Counted from the first letter of the whole stretch, positions 25,201 through 41,917 are shown. The stretch is DNA of 60,724 bases, filler included, from Dugesia japonica (GCA_001938525.1; 5 parts of 5 records of this genome joined end to end with filler, not necessarily neighbours in it), one strand, 5' to 3'. Notes: generated from the sequence alone by a model not told the origin. Program-made: numbers and translations.

Positions 25201-27310
25201 CCAAAGCATCTAGCATTACGTCCAAATTTGGCATAGGAAAAGCTCGTCTTTCTGTTATTGCATTAAGATGTCTAAAGTCTAAACATAATCGTATATTCTT
25301 TTTTTCCTTTTTCCAAACACAGATTAATGGCGTATTCCATTGCAAATTACACTTCCAGATGATACCATTATCATATAGATTCTTGATGACCTCTTCAATC
25401 TTCTCCTCTAGATTCATTGGTTGGCGATACGGTTTTATGTTGATTGGATCNCCTTTAGTGATTATTCGATGCTTCGTTAAGTGTGTACATCCAATGTCCC
25501 ATTTATATGCCATAGAAATATCCTCATTATTCTGAATAATCGCATTTAATTTATGATCTTTTTTTATATCTAGAATTTCCATTGCATGTCTCAATCGTTC
25601 ACCCGTCGGTATCTGCCTTCCAAATTTTGCCTCAATGTTGCAAANNNNNNNNNNNNNNNNNNNNNNNNNNNNNNNNNNNNNNNNNNNNNNNNNNNNNNNN
25701 NNNNNNNNNNNNNNNNNNNNNNNNNNNNNNNNNNNNNNNNNNNNNNNNNNNNNNNNNNNNNNNNNNNNNNNNNNNNNNNNNNNNNNNNNNNNNNNNNNNN
25801 NNNNNNNNNNNNNNNNNNNNNNNNNNNNNNNNNNNNNNNNNNCTCGCTTTTCTCTAACATTGTTTTTCCGAGTCTATTAAATCCTTTCATGCTCATCACA
25901 TTTATTCTTGCTCCTGCATCCAACAAACAATCAAACTGTTCACCCTTGATCATCACTGAAATGCTGGGTCTCCCTTGCATTTTATCATATGAAATTTTTG
26001 CATTCTGTTTTTCTTCAATTATTCCTATCACTTCTGCTTTGTTAACTTCCGCATCATCGAAACTTTCTCTTTTTAGGAATCTGTAGACTTTTTCTCTCAC
26101 TTTACTAGTCTCATCCCATTTTTCAACCTCAAAGAGGATATTCAAACGGTATCTCGTTTAATGAATTGCTCCGACCAACTCCTCTACTGATGGAGCCCTG
26201 CCTTTTGGGTATTCTCTTCTTGGATCATCATTTTCTATGATGCTTTCAGAAAATCTTTCTTCATTCTCGTCATCAAATTCTTTACGAATGGCATGAATTG
26301 GTTTTGTCCGACTCCAATCTTTTGTTTGGTGTCCGCTTTTAACATTGTATCTTCTCACTTCTAGTCTAGGCTTACTAATGTTCGAAAAANATTCTTCTGC
26401 TCTGTGGCCTGGTCTTTTACATCTACCGCATACAATTTCTGTGCACATCCTTCTAACATGACCAATTTTACCACACCCAAAACATTTTGATGGTTTCTTG
26501 TCTGGACTATTTCTACCTAAATACCCTTTTTTGTGACAAGTCCAACATTCCACATGAAAATATTTTGGACACTCNNNNNNNNNNNNNNNNNNNNNNNNNN
26601 NNNNNNNNNNNNNNNNNNNNNNNNNNNNNNNNNNNNNNNNNNNNNNNNNNNNNNNNNNNNNNNNNNNNNNNNNNNNNNNNNNNNNNNNNNNNNNNNNNNN
26701 NNNNNNNNNNNNNNNNNNNNNNNTTTCACTTTTTTCAACCAAAGATAACGTCTCTTTTATATCTTCTACTTTCTCCAATTTTTGCATGATAATCTCTTCT
26801 GCTTTTTTACTATTTGCACCAATTATTAGCATTTTTGATAAGAGTTTTTCTTTCTTCAACTCTCCATTTGCTAAAAATTTATCAACCAAATCTTCCACTT
26901 TTTAAAAACACCTCAAGTTCTTCATCACCACGTTGATAGCTAACAAGATTCTGTAAATCTTTTATTAAGTCTCTCTTGCTTTCAAATGCCAATCGCAATC
27001 TCTCTCAAAATCCATCAGCTTATAACAATGTCTTTACATACGCTTCCATGAAATCTTCATGAAGCATACATGTTACCCAACGTTCCAGATCTTTCTTAGC
27101 AACCATNTTCTTTGCCTCAAAGTATATATCACATCGTTTGATAAACTTTTCTAAATCATCGCCTCTACAAAATACTTTTGTTAACAACCTTTCTGTGATT
27201 TCATCGGTATTTACCGCTGCCAGCATGTTAGTTGAGTTTGGAACACTCGTCGTATTATCAATATCAAAATCCGAATTCATAAGAAATACTTTATTAAAAT
27301 CAAAACTATA
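22231..27310 (-). mobile_element. Ty3/Gypsy LTR retrotransposon, near full length, frameshifted
   Basis: Gag with CCHC knuckles (CFGCGKIGHVRRMC), protease LLDAGA, RT RLCLDFRHLN/MPFG/YLDD, RNase H FILDTDAS and integrase (23350-24000). 3' LTR ~22231-22696 after a PPT. 5' LTR remnant at 27226-27310. Confidence 0.95.
27213..27225 (-). promoter_or_regulatory. Primer-binding site (tRNA-Leu type)
   Basis: TGCTGGCAGCGGT directly follows the LTR end ..taaca, one mismatch from TGGTGGCAGCGGT. Confidence 0.65.
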
Positions 27311-27776
27311 ACAAATATTATTCGTTGAACAAACAAAATAAAATTCCGTGTTTTAATTGGTGATCTTTTTTCTAAAATTAAAAATTGAAAGTTTTATTAA
27401 TTAAGATTAATTTTTAAAAATTTGCGATAAAATTTTAACTACTTTAAAATTTTATTTATTAAAAAGTTAAACTTATATTCAATAATTTTATTTTATCCTT
27501 AAATAAAATTGTTGAGATGCTTTGGGGATTGTTGCCAAAGCAAATCAGCAATAGCGTGAGTTTAGTAGTATTCAAATAAGTANNNNNNNNNNNNNNNNNN
27601 NNNNNNNNNNNNNNNNNNNNNNNNNNTTAATTAATTAANNNNNNNNNNNNNNNNNNNNNNNNNNNNNNNNNNNNNNNNNNNNATGAGGAAATTTCTACTA
27701 GCAAAACCATGATTCGAGAAGTTCATGAAATAATTTTAAAATCTAAAATTGAAAATACAAATTTTGATAAAAAAAA

Positions 27777-30700
27777 TTAACAGTCCAATCTGCCCCATAA
27801 AAGATCTAATCTAAAATGCCACGTTTCACATCTAAAACACCAAAATTGATTTCCATGTGGCCAAGTTATAATTCTGTTTATTTCAATCAAAACTTTATCA
27901 TCAACAGCAGTTAATGCAATTTTATCTTGACAATCCAATCTAACTTCATGACACTCTGATTTTAATCTATAATTCTTTCCATAAACTATTTTGTTTGGAT
28001 TTTTTAAAACTTCGTCATACTGCATCATTTTTAATTTGCTGGATAAAGAAATTCCTTTATGCACCGGTTTTAATTATGTTCTTCCACTTGCATATACAAA
28101 TTCTACTCCATAAGTTTTTGACTTTATAAAATCACAATGCAAAATTACACTATTCGGCATTTCGTCTTTCATTTGAAAGAGTTCGGGTCCTAAAAGAGTT
28201 TCCAATTTTTCTAAATTTTTTCGCCCCTTGATTACTACAAATAATGAATCAGTGAATAAGTGAATCAGTGTCTGTGTAGTGAATTTTATAATTTTCCATT
28301 CCAATTGCTGGTGCCATCTTTTCATATACAAAATCATACATTTGTTCTTTCGCATATTCCAATACAGTGAAACCAATAAATGGAAATTTATTATATTTTA
28401 CACAAGTTTGTAACATGTGCATTTAGCATGTATTTTCTGAAAAAGTTTTTGAAGAAACATAAGTTGGTTTAGATACAAACTTTTGAAAGTCTTTGTCAGA
28501 TCCCACCATGTGTAACTTTCTATATTTTCTAGGGTTTTTCCATAAATGCATTATTTGTCATTTTAAATGCATAGTATTTATTTTTATCTTTATTTTTTTT
28601 GCCTCATTTCTTTTCTCTACATTGAAAAGAATATAATCTTTTAACCATGGTCTCATTGGCACTTTATATTTTACATGAATTTTTTTCAACACCATTCCAA
28701 GTTTAATATACAAGTCTAAAGTACTGCCCAGAACAATGTAATTTTTTTATCAAATTGGTTTAGTGTTAATTTTAAGTTATCTTTGGGAAGTTTTTTATTT
28801 AAACATTCTTTTTGGTATGGTGTTAGCATATTCTCTGTGATATTTAACCTTTCAGGTGCTAATGGGAAATATCTCGTTTTCTCGTGTATTTCTGTTGGAT
28901 AATCTAAATCCACTTTATATACAAAATTACACTCTGGTGTCGCTTTTTCATATGTTAGTTCTTTACATTCTGTAAACTCTCCCCATGGAAGTGGTCTTGT
29001 CATGCAAGCTGAATATAAACTGTTTTGATCAATATATTTAATAAATCTTTCCTCGAAAAAATCTTCTGGGATAGTTTCTTCGCGTTCTAATACTTTTATT
29101 AAATAATAATTTTCAACTTGTGTTATTCTTTTAAAGGGATCCTCTTTAGTATAACTGAATACTTGTCTCTCACCGGTTTCGGCAGATACTCCTCCACGAA
29201 TTCCTGCTTCATTCATTAGAAAATAATCAAAGGTTTCAGGTTTTGCATATAATAACTCAACTAATGTAAATTTCATTCCTGCCGTCCATGTAACTCCTGG
29301 TAAAGAATAATTATAACATGGGTCGATTTCATAATTATCCATAGAAGTCTTTCTAAAATCTTCAAAAAAATCTGCAAGAATTATTACATCAAGTTTCATA
29401 TAGTGCAGCATGTATTCCCAGAGATTAGGAAATTTACTAAGATCTTCTAGAAATTGATTATAATCTTCCACAGATATTTCTTGCTGTTTTAATGTGTTGT
29501 AACATTCTACCATTGTTGGTATTATATTACTTTTTAACAATTCCATCGCTACACTCACATTTCTGCCTTTAGTATATTCAAAATGGAAAAACAACTTTTT
29601 TAGGTTTTAAATTAAAAGATTTTAAATGGGGATATACTCCAAGATCTTATAAATTTTCCCCCATTTTTTGAATTGTTATTAATGGGCATAATCTGCATGA
29701 GTCAAGAAATTTTATTTTTTTTAATCTAAAAGAAATATAAACTTCTTCATTGTGAGGAATTATATCTGTAATATTTGATGGGTATTTTTCTAATAATTCT
29801 CTAAAGAAAAGATAATTATCATAACCACCCGCATTATGAAAAAAAAGTGGTACAGAGAAATTTCTCTTTATTTTTTTATATTTTCTATTACAAATTTCAT
29901 GTGCAGGACCAATAAATTTTCCATTGAAAAAGTTGTAAACTTCTTCTGGATTTTCATTTAATTTTTTTTACAGTAATAACATTTATCTTTTAAAATTCTC
30001 GGTTTTTGTTGAATTTGTGTTCTAGATCTTAAATCTAAAATCTCATATAATTTTTTATTTAATAAATTTAAATATCTTATAAATTTTATTATTACATTTT
30101 CACCAAAAAATTTTACATATCCAGTTTTTTTAATTCTTGATGGTGGCTATAAATATAAATTCCCACAGCTAATGGCATTTGTATATTTGTTTCTGAATTG
30201 ATACCCGCCTCAAAATCTGCATAAACTACAAATGGTGCTTTTATCATAAATTCATAATCATCAAATTTATAAGAATCTTTTGTTTCAAATATTATTTCTT
30301 GAGGTTCGAAATAAATACATTGCCTTTGATGTTTTGTAAATAAATTTAAGCTTGTTTAACAATTCATACAATTTAAACATATTTTTTTTCTATTACCATC
30401 AGAAATAAATCCATATACATCTCTGCATAAAATATAATGATTTTTATGAAATAATAAATTACATTTATTTTCTTCAGGTTTTGGATTTGCATCATGATGT
30501 GCAATTTTTATTGCTTGTAATATTTTTNCTCCATTTATAATTTTTAATTCTAAAATATTAATTTTCCATTTATTTAATCTTTCAAACATTTGTACATGTC
30601 GAAGTTTTGTAGGAAATTCTATACCTTTTAAATTTAATTCATCAATGTGTTGTATATAATGACTTTGTCTTGTTTGGTCTGTGTAAATATATCTGTGTGC

Positions 30701-31552
30701 TAAAACAGAATATAGAAAACATCTATTATCATTATTAATTATATTTACTACTCCCTTTTTAATAAATGGTAACTTGATATAAGTCCCTGTGGCCACTACT
30801 GATTTATAACGTTCAAGAGTAAATGTAAAATTTAAAATAAATTCTACACTCTACCCACTTTCTGATTTTGCAACATTAGTTGTATATTTATCTATATCTT
30901 CAATTAATTTTGCTATGGCCGGATCAATTTCTATAAACATTATTATTTTTTTATTATCAGCATAAGATCTAAATTCTCTTTTCACTTCTTTTCCCTCTTC
31001 AGTTTTTGTATATAAAGCTTATGAAGAAAGTCTAGTATTTATTTGTGCTCTTAAATTAAAAAACCTTATTGTTATTTCTTTTAACTCATCATGGTAAGAA
31101 GTCAATACTTTAACTTCCTCGTCAGAAATGTCTTTTGTAGACTCAACTTTACTTTCTTTAAAATATTGTATTTTATAACATTTGTATGAATTAATTCCAA
31201 AAACAGTCATAAGTTCTGCAGTCTCTTGTGCTATTTCTAAATTTGGAAGTGCTCTTTTATGATTTCTACTTGCATAATGTGTTTTTGCTGCACCCTGATT
31301 TGAAAATATTGTATTACAAATTTCGCATGTTAAATTTACATCCTCAGGATTCCAACATACTGATGACATTTTATGTTTTCGATAATGCATTGGTGATCTA
31401 AAAATTGTATGACACTTTGGACATGAGGTTGGATTATAAACATGCATATTTTTTATATGCGTTTTCAGTGCTCCTTTTCTTTTTAATATTTTACTACAGT
31501 GTGGACATGTGAATCTTTCTACTACCATTTTATAAAGATAAACTTTAATCAT
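27777..31552 (-). pseudogene. Polinton/adintovirus-type protein-primed family B DNA polymerase with N-terminal C2H2 zinc fingers
   Basis: Colinear motifs: YIKLP..VVNI.NNDNRCFLYSVLA, APFVVYADFE, GPAHEICN, FHNAGGYD, DVIILADFFEDFR, GIRGGVS, YIDQNSLY..M..PLPWG, FPLAPE, KMTNNAF, MKDE, KGI and DDK. Several stops and frameshifts. Confidence 0.92.
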
Positions 31553-31609
31553 ATTTATAAAATAATGGTGGTAATATTTTTTCCTAGAATGAGAGGATCC
31601 TCTTTAAGA

Positions 31610-32120
31610 GGTTTTTTTATTTTATAGAGGAATTTTTTCATAGAGGAATTTTTTATATCAAATTTTCCGATTTTCTAAGAGGATTTTTTTATATCAAATT
31701 TTCCGATTTTCTATGAGGAATTTTTTATGTCGAATTTTTTATGTCGAATTTTTTTGTTGAATTTTTTATGTTGGATTTTTCATAGTGGATTTTTCTATGT
31801 TGAATTTTTCATGTCGAATTTTTTATGTCGAATTTTTTGTTGAATTTTTTATAGAAAATTTTTATCGCGCATTTTTCATGTCGAATTTTTCATAGGGAAT
31901 TTTTCATAGTGGATTTTTCATAGTGGATTTTTTATAGTGGATTTTTCTATGTCGAATTTTCTATGTCGAATTTTTCATGTCGAATTTTTCCTAGTGGATT
32001 TTTTATAGAAAATTTTTATCGCGCATTTTTTATGTCGAATTTTTCATAGGGAATTTTTCATAGTGGATTTTTTATAGTGGATTTTTCATGTCGAATTTTT
32101 CATGTGAAATTTTTCAATTT
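31610..32120. repeat. Complex minisatellite array of ~13-14-bp units upstream of pPolB
   Basis: Interleaved variants ttttt(c)atgtcgaa, tttttcatagtgga and gaggaatttttt, with higher-order duplication (e.g. agaaaatttttatcgcgcatttt twice). Confidence 0.9.
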
Positions 32121-32399
32121 TCTATTTTTTATCTAAATTAGCTATTTTTCATAAAAAATCTGAAATATTGCAATTTTTCTATGAAAAAAACATTATTTTT
32201 CATGGAAAAAAGATCATTTTTCTGTTAACATAGAAAATGGGTGATATTCTATAATAGGTAGTGCTAAAGAATGGTAGTTATACCTATACTATTAATATCT
32301 TACATTTTTATTGTTTTGATTTAATAGTATGTTTTACCTTATATAAATATGCTATTTTCTTTAGCAACATGCACACAATATAAACATTATTGGGCGAAT

Positions 32400-33740
32400 T
32401 ACGTCCAAAAAGGAGAATGCCATAAGACTATGGAGAAATATTATGGTGAAAAATTCTCTGGGACAAAGTATTAAATATGCCTACATGCAAAACATTAGAT
32501 GTAAGTGCATATGCAAGTTTTTATAAGGAGCATGCAGACCACGTTAAGAAATTTGAAACAACTAAAAATGAGTATTATTAAGGGATATGCTTTTAGAAAC
32601 CAATACAGAAGCTTCTTCAACTTAGAGAGCAAGACAAGAACCATCAGTAATTGATGAATCAATAGTTAATATTGTGGGAAATGTTGAAAATAATGCTATA
32701 GTAGAAATGGATGATAAAGAAAATATAGTTTTTAAGAATTATTTGGATGAAAACGGATGGAATTTTGATGAAATAGATGAAGATGATAAAATTTTCAAAA
32801 AATAATTTAAAGAAGAGGAAGAGTTTTAAACCAAGTCAGTGGATTATAAGATGAACCTACTATTGAAACGGCTTTGTATAGGTGTCATTAGATACTTAAG
32901 TTAGATGTATCTCATCATAATAGTAGGGAAATAGTATTGATAGGAAAATTGTTTAAAATAATTAAAGAATTAAAGGAAGTAAAAATTCAATTTTGAATCA
33001 GTGTAGAATGTATTAAAGGTGTGGATATTAAAACCGGCATGATATCAAATCGAGCTGACCCTCTTAGCGATACATTTTTCAAGGAAGGTATAAGAAATTT
33101 AAATGAGAAGATTGTAGTAAGGTAGTAGTTGGATTCTTAGCCGTATTTTAAAAATTAACTTTAAAATTACAAAAGTTAGTGAAATAAGTAGACTTTCTGA
33201 AAGGAGCCATATTTCTACTTCTAAAAATTTAGAAAAGAAGAAAGTCATAGTTAATGTACAAAATAGTGATTATTTATGCTTTATTTATAGCATTCTTGCA
33301 GTTATTAAGAAAGATGAAATTAGAGAAAACCGACATCGAGTCGCAAAATATAAAAATTATATGACATAGTTAGTATTTGATAAGTTAGACATACCCATGA
33401 AACTGATAAATATCCCAAAATTTGAGAAGCAAAATCCAAGATATGCCATCAATATCTTCTGTACAACCAGTTCGTGACCATTATCATTTTACCGGGAAAT
33501 ATATGGGTCCAGCATGTAGTATGTGTAATATAAGCAGAGAAATAAGATATGAATTACCTGTTGTATTCCACAATCTGAAAGGATATAATCTAAATCATAT
33601 TCTCAAGTATGATCTCAATCAATTCTCAGAATGGAATATCTCATGTATTCCCATAACTGAGAAATTCTTATGTCTTACTGCGATTGAATCGAAAACAACA
33701 ATAAAATTTATTGACTCGTACCAGTTTATAAAAATTATTA
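32400..33740 (+). pseudogene. Second Polinton-type pPolB, N-terminal remnant
   Basis: GSSWILSRI, KKVIVNVQNSDYLCFIYSILA and VRDHYHFTGKYMGPACSMCN..LPVVFHNLKGY..IKFIDSYQF (endonuclease VII-like insert plus exonuclease). Confidence 0.85.
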
Positions 33741-33781
33741 TAAATTTAATTATAATTATAATTATTATAATTATAATAGAC

Positions 33782-34408
33782 AGCCACTGATTGTTACGAT
33801 GTGGATTGAAAAATGAGATCCATTTTTCATCAACTGTCACGATATTGTTCAAGAATTTACAACGCTGGCCACGCTTCAAATGAAGGCGTGCAATCCAAAC
33901 TCTGATTTTCCTTTGTGAGTCGGTCAAAAAATGAGGGACTCAATTACCTTTGTGCCAACGCTTGCCCGCTGACTTCAAAATTTTTGCAATTTCCATGTGA
34001 CTGCATTTGAAAGTATTGCCCAAGTTACGGGTTGTCAACGTTGGATCCAAATCAATAGCTTCAATCACAGTCTCTCGATCAACTACAGATGGGCGTTCGA
34101 ATCTTGGGTTATCATTCAAATCGGTTTTGCCATGCCGAAATTTTTAAACCAATAGTATGCTGTTCTCTTAGACACAATTTGTTGACCTTTGGCCCTGTTG
34201 ATATTTGCAGCAGCCGTTTCAGCACTATTTTTNNNNNNNNNNNNNNTATAATAACAAGTTCCTAATAATCTCTCTTGAAAAAGCCATATTGTACCGGATA
34301 AATTCACGTGATAAACTAAAATATATATTATAATATATTTACAAATATATAAATAGAATATATTAAATATTTCTTGTCTTACTGCAAAAACTTAGTTTAC
34401 AACCTAAT
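33782..34408 (-). mobile_element. Mariner transposon 5' half
   Basis: Reads SKRTAYYWFKNF..RPS..VPHFLT..FLNNIVTVDEKWISFFN. TIR tattaggttgtaaactaagtt at ~34385-34408. Confidence 0.88.
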
Positions 34409-34419
34409 AATTATATAGT

Positions 34420-35035
34420 TATATAATTATATATTATTTCTTGAACAAAGCATCTTCATACAGCAAACTCTAAATTAAATATGTTCAGTTTTAATTCTGA
34501 GTTTAACGATATCAAATTTGTTTGCTTATCATAAGTATTTCCAGAGTAAATAATTTCTTTTATCCAAGGTGCGACATTGTACCGGGTAATTTTCTATCTT
34601 TTAAACAAAGCATATTTATAAAACAAACCCTAAACAAAATATGTTTGGAATTTTATTCAAAATCGAATGCTATCATTTTCAGAGTCATACAAAAAGTTTT
34701 GATCGAGAAATCTATAAAACAAGTCGAACTGTTCAAGTCCGCTAGTACCTTTTCCAGAGAACCGAGAATATTTTTACAGCAAACCCTATACAAAAATTGT
34801 TCACCTTTCAATTCTAAGACGATTAATACCAAATTAAAATCCATACGGTAAATTTTGACCGAAATATTTAAAAAACAAATTCTTGACATTCGATCTTTCC
34901 GAGTAAAGATTCGAGAGTTCCAACTCAAATTTGAAAACTCTTTACATGTATTCGTAACTTACAATCAAAACACCGATATTAGTAAAACAATCGGTGGTAG
35001 GGGGAGGGGGTACTGTTTCAGTGTGCTAGTATCTA
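34420..35035. repeat. Non-coding dispersed repeat with internal subrepeats
   Basis: Inverse homology to 54365-54930, e.g. gcaaaccctatacaaaaattgttcacctttcaattctaagac versus gtcttagaattgaaacgtgaacattttttgtatagggtttgc. Confidence 0.75.
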
Positions 35036-35429
35036 TCTACTTATTTTACCATTAAATATTTTCTTTGATTCATTATCCAGAATTGATTATTTTAATCAAT
35101 ATTAATGGTTACGGCTTTTATCTTTGATTTTAAAAATTTGATTTTTAGGTTTTCCTGTTGAATGAATTTTCTTTAGTGATAACAATATATAGTGTTTCTG
35201 ATTTTCTCTAGTAGTTGTGCAATTGATTTTTTCCGGATTCTAATGTTATAATATTATAGCGGTTGTTAAATCAAATTAGAAATTTTGTTTTTTGATTTAA
35301 AATATTTTCAATTTCGGCGTCAATAAAAAATATTAATATTTAAATATACAATTATTGGGGACCAGACAGAGCGACACAAAGACAGACAAATTGACACATA
35401 TTTTTTTTAAATTTATAATGTTTTAATAT

Positions 35430-37470
35430 TTTTTATTATTTTTAATAACTTTTACTGGTAATTATTATAAGTCGTTTGGTATAATTTTAATAATGTATTT
35501 TTTGGAATAACTTTTACTGCAATTTTTTGTATTTTTCATTTATAATCATCGACAATAATAATTTGGAATAATTTTTAATAATGAATATTTTTGGTATAAT
35601 AAGAAAATTATAAGAACACAGTAGAAAATAGAGACATTTGTTTAAATGATTTTTATAACTTCAAAATATTTTTTTCAATCCAGTGGGCTTATATTTAAAT
35701 GAAATTATATTTAATTAATTTCTTTTTAATAATTTACACTAATAATTGTATAATAAAATTTTTTTATATTCCTTAATCAAAAGTTATTCACAAATGAAAA
35801 CTTTTTATTTGTCTATGTTTTATTAAAAAAGGCTCCCAATCGAATTTTAAACAACTCAGCGAGGAAACCTAATTTTAATTTGTCTTGGTTTTGAACATTC
35901 CAAATTTTGAGAAAATACAGACTATGATGTGATAACTTAGGGGTACAGACAACATCATTATGTCAAGTGCAAGGCTTTCATATTAACAAAAGTGGAAATC
36001 ATTCAAGGAGTAGTTCCGAAACATTGTCATGACTCATGTCCACAAGCTGCACAAGCCAAAATCGCAAAAAGTTAAATGAAATGTGAGATTAACGCAGTTG
36101 TTGCTACTACAAGAAATGTTATGGAAACTATCCTGTTACAAGGGAACAGTGATGTCTTAGCTTATTTGCTAAACAGTCTTCTATTTCTAGATATCTGTTA
36201 CGTCACGAAAAAGGAGTTCCCCTGCTTAATAGAACAAATCAGGAATTTATGATTGTTGATACATATAAATCTTTTATTCTTCATAACTCTGGAGAGCATG
36301 ACCCTGACAGAATTTTGGCAATAGGAGACAGAGATTTGCTAAATAAACTGGTTAAAGATACTATCTTTGGTGATGGTACATTTGATAAAGTTCCCAATAT
36401 GTTTTACCATTTCTAAACCTGGCATGCTCGAGTTAGTTATTCATATCCACCGTAAATTTACTTTCTTTTGCAGCAAAAGGGTCAGCGTGTTTACAGCAGA
36501 ATGTTTCAAATTTTTAAAAAGCTACTTCAGATATTTCACCGCAGAATATCCTGGCGGATTTTGAGAAGGCCTGCATGACAGTAGCTGGAATTGACTTTCC
36601 ACATGCCGAGGTCAAAGGATGTTATTTTCATTTGTGTTAGAGCTTGGCCAGGAAAATAAATAATGTTGGTCTCAAAAGTGATTTTGAAACTAACATCGAC
36701 ATTAGATTGAAGTTGAAGTCTTTGGCAGCTTTAGCGTTTGTTCCAATCGATGATGTTAGGAACTTTTTTGATCAGTTGGCAACTGCATTATCTGATGCAA
36801 ATTATTGTAATGATGTACTGACCGACTGTTTCTTAGCATACATTGAATATTCAGAAGGTAGAGATTCTCAGTTTCCAATCAGGGTTTGGAATCATCACGA
36901 GACAGTAGCGGGATGGTCACCTAAGACTACAAAATGTTACGAAGACTTCCATAATGTGCTCAATTCTTTATTTCACTGTAGTCATCCTGGTATTTGGTAT
37001 TGGTTTAATAGTCTTCAAAAAGACATTGTTTGCCGATGCACAAACAGATTGTTCAGAGGTAAAAATACAGAAATATCAATATATGCAAGAGATAGTTTTA
37101 CAAAATATTACAGTAAAAAATATACCAAAAAAATTCATTATTAAATATTATACCAAATTATTACTGTGCCGATTACTAAAAATGAAAAATATTACAGTAA
37201 AAGTTATACCAAATTATTATTGTGTCGATTATTAAAAATACAAAATATTACAGTTAGAGTTATACCAAAAATAATTCACTATTAAAAATTATACCAAAAA
37301 AATTCATTATTAAAAATTATACCAAAAACATTCATCATTAAAACTTATACCAAATTATTTTTGTGTCGATTATTAAAAATGAAAAATACAAAAAATTGCA
37401 GTAAAAGTTATGCCAAATGATTCATTATTAAAAATTATACCAAATTATTATTGTGTCAATTATTAAAAAT
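35430..37470 (+). mobile_element. MULE (Mutator-like) transposon, decayed, with repeat-built long TIRs
   Basis: Motifs IFGDGTFDKVP, ILADFEKA, FPHAEVKGCYFHL, LAALAFVP and WN...PKTT..E.FHN. The flanks 35430-35600 and 37080-37470 are inverted arrays of tataccaaa/tttggtata units. Confidence 0.9.
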
Positions 37471-38518
37471 AAAATATATAATTATTATATATTTGATTTC
37501 TGTTCTACTTATCGATTTTCCCCTCATCTTTTAATATTATGGTGTTCTACATTTCCATTAAATAATTTATTTACTATTTTATAAAAAATATAATCTTCAA
37601 TATCTCATTTCATCAATATAATCTTCAATACATTAGAAATAATGTGAATTTTTTCAGTATGATTTCTAATATTCTCATACGTTTATCATTTACTACGTGT
37701 AGGTTCAACATTCTAAGTTTAATTTTATGTTTTTTATGTAATACTACTGAATCAAGCCCAAGTCTAGTGATTCTTATATTANNNNNNNNNNNGAATTGAA
37801 ATATTATGTTTTATCCTATTTTTGAGGTCCTAATGTATTGTTATTTTTACTACAAAGGATGTAATTTAAAAAATCAGAAAATATTATGTAACCTTAAATT
37901 CATACGGAAACTATAATGAGAGAAAGCTGAAAAATGGTTTTATTTCTAAGACAATCACTATTGTTAAAGTGCATATTTTAGTTAGTTGAATCTACCTTTT
38001 AACTTAATTTATTAAAACAAGGGACTATTTCCGCATTTATTATTCCAATACTTTGACAAACTTGCACCATGGTTCAACAATGATAGTGTTTGTACGAGCT
38101 AATTTCTGNNNNNNNNNNNNNNNNNNNNNNNNNNNNNNNNNNNNNNNNNNNNNNNNNNNNNNNNNNNNNNNNNNNNNNNNNNNNNNNNNNNNNNNNNNNN
38201 NNNNNNNNNNNNNNNNNNTATTACATCGGTGACAATATTTATAACGAATTTACTTTTAAAAATTTTTAAAAACGGAATATTTACATTAACTAATTTACTA
38301 TTTAACAAATTCTTGTATTTTTTCTGTGATCAAGAATCTTACTTTTAAATATGCCTAAATACGCAGTAAATTTATAATAAAATTCAAATTTATCACTTTA
38401 TTTTCAGCATATTTCTATACATTTATGAAAAAATAGTTGAAAGTTTTTCAGTAAAATTTTGTTTTAATTGTTATTATTTTTATAATTTAAAATTGAAAGT
38501 AATATCTAATTAGCTTTT

Positions 38519-41691
<3,173 letters not shown>

Positions 41692-41917
41692 NNNNNNNNN
41701 NNNNNNNNNNNNNNNNNNNNNNNNNNNNNNNNNNNTTAATTAATTAANNNNNNNNNNNNNNNNNNNNNNNNNNNNNNNNNNNNNNNNNNNNTATTATTAA
41801 AACCTAAACTAATAATACCTAAACTAGTTGGTTCAATTTTGTTTCACGATAATATTATTTAATTATTTAATAATTATTTAAGAATTATTAAGAATTATTT
41901 AATAATGAAAACCTACT

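Noticed and set aside
31610-32120. CRISPR-like or telomeric array
   Set aside because: Units are adjacent without unique spacers, there are no cas genes, the context is eukaryotic, and the units are too heterogeneous for a telomere.
35000-35035. Helitron 3' end (hairpin + CTAG)
   Set aside because: Homologous copies at ~54372 and ~55352 read CTAC, and homology extends past the motif.
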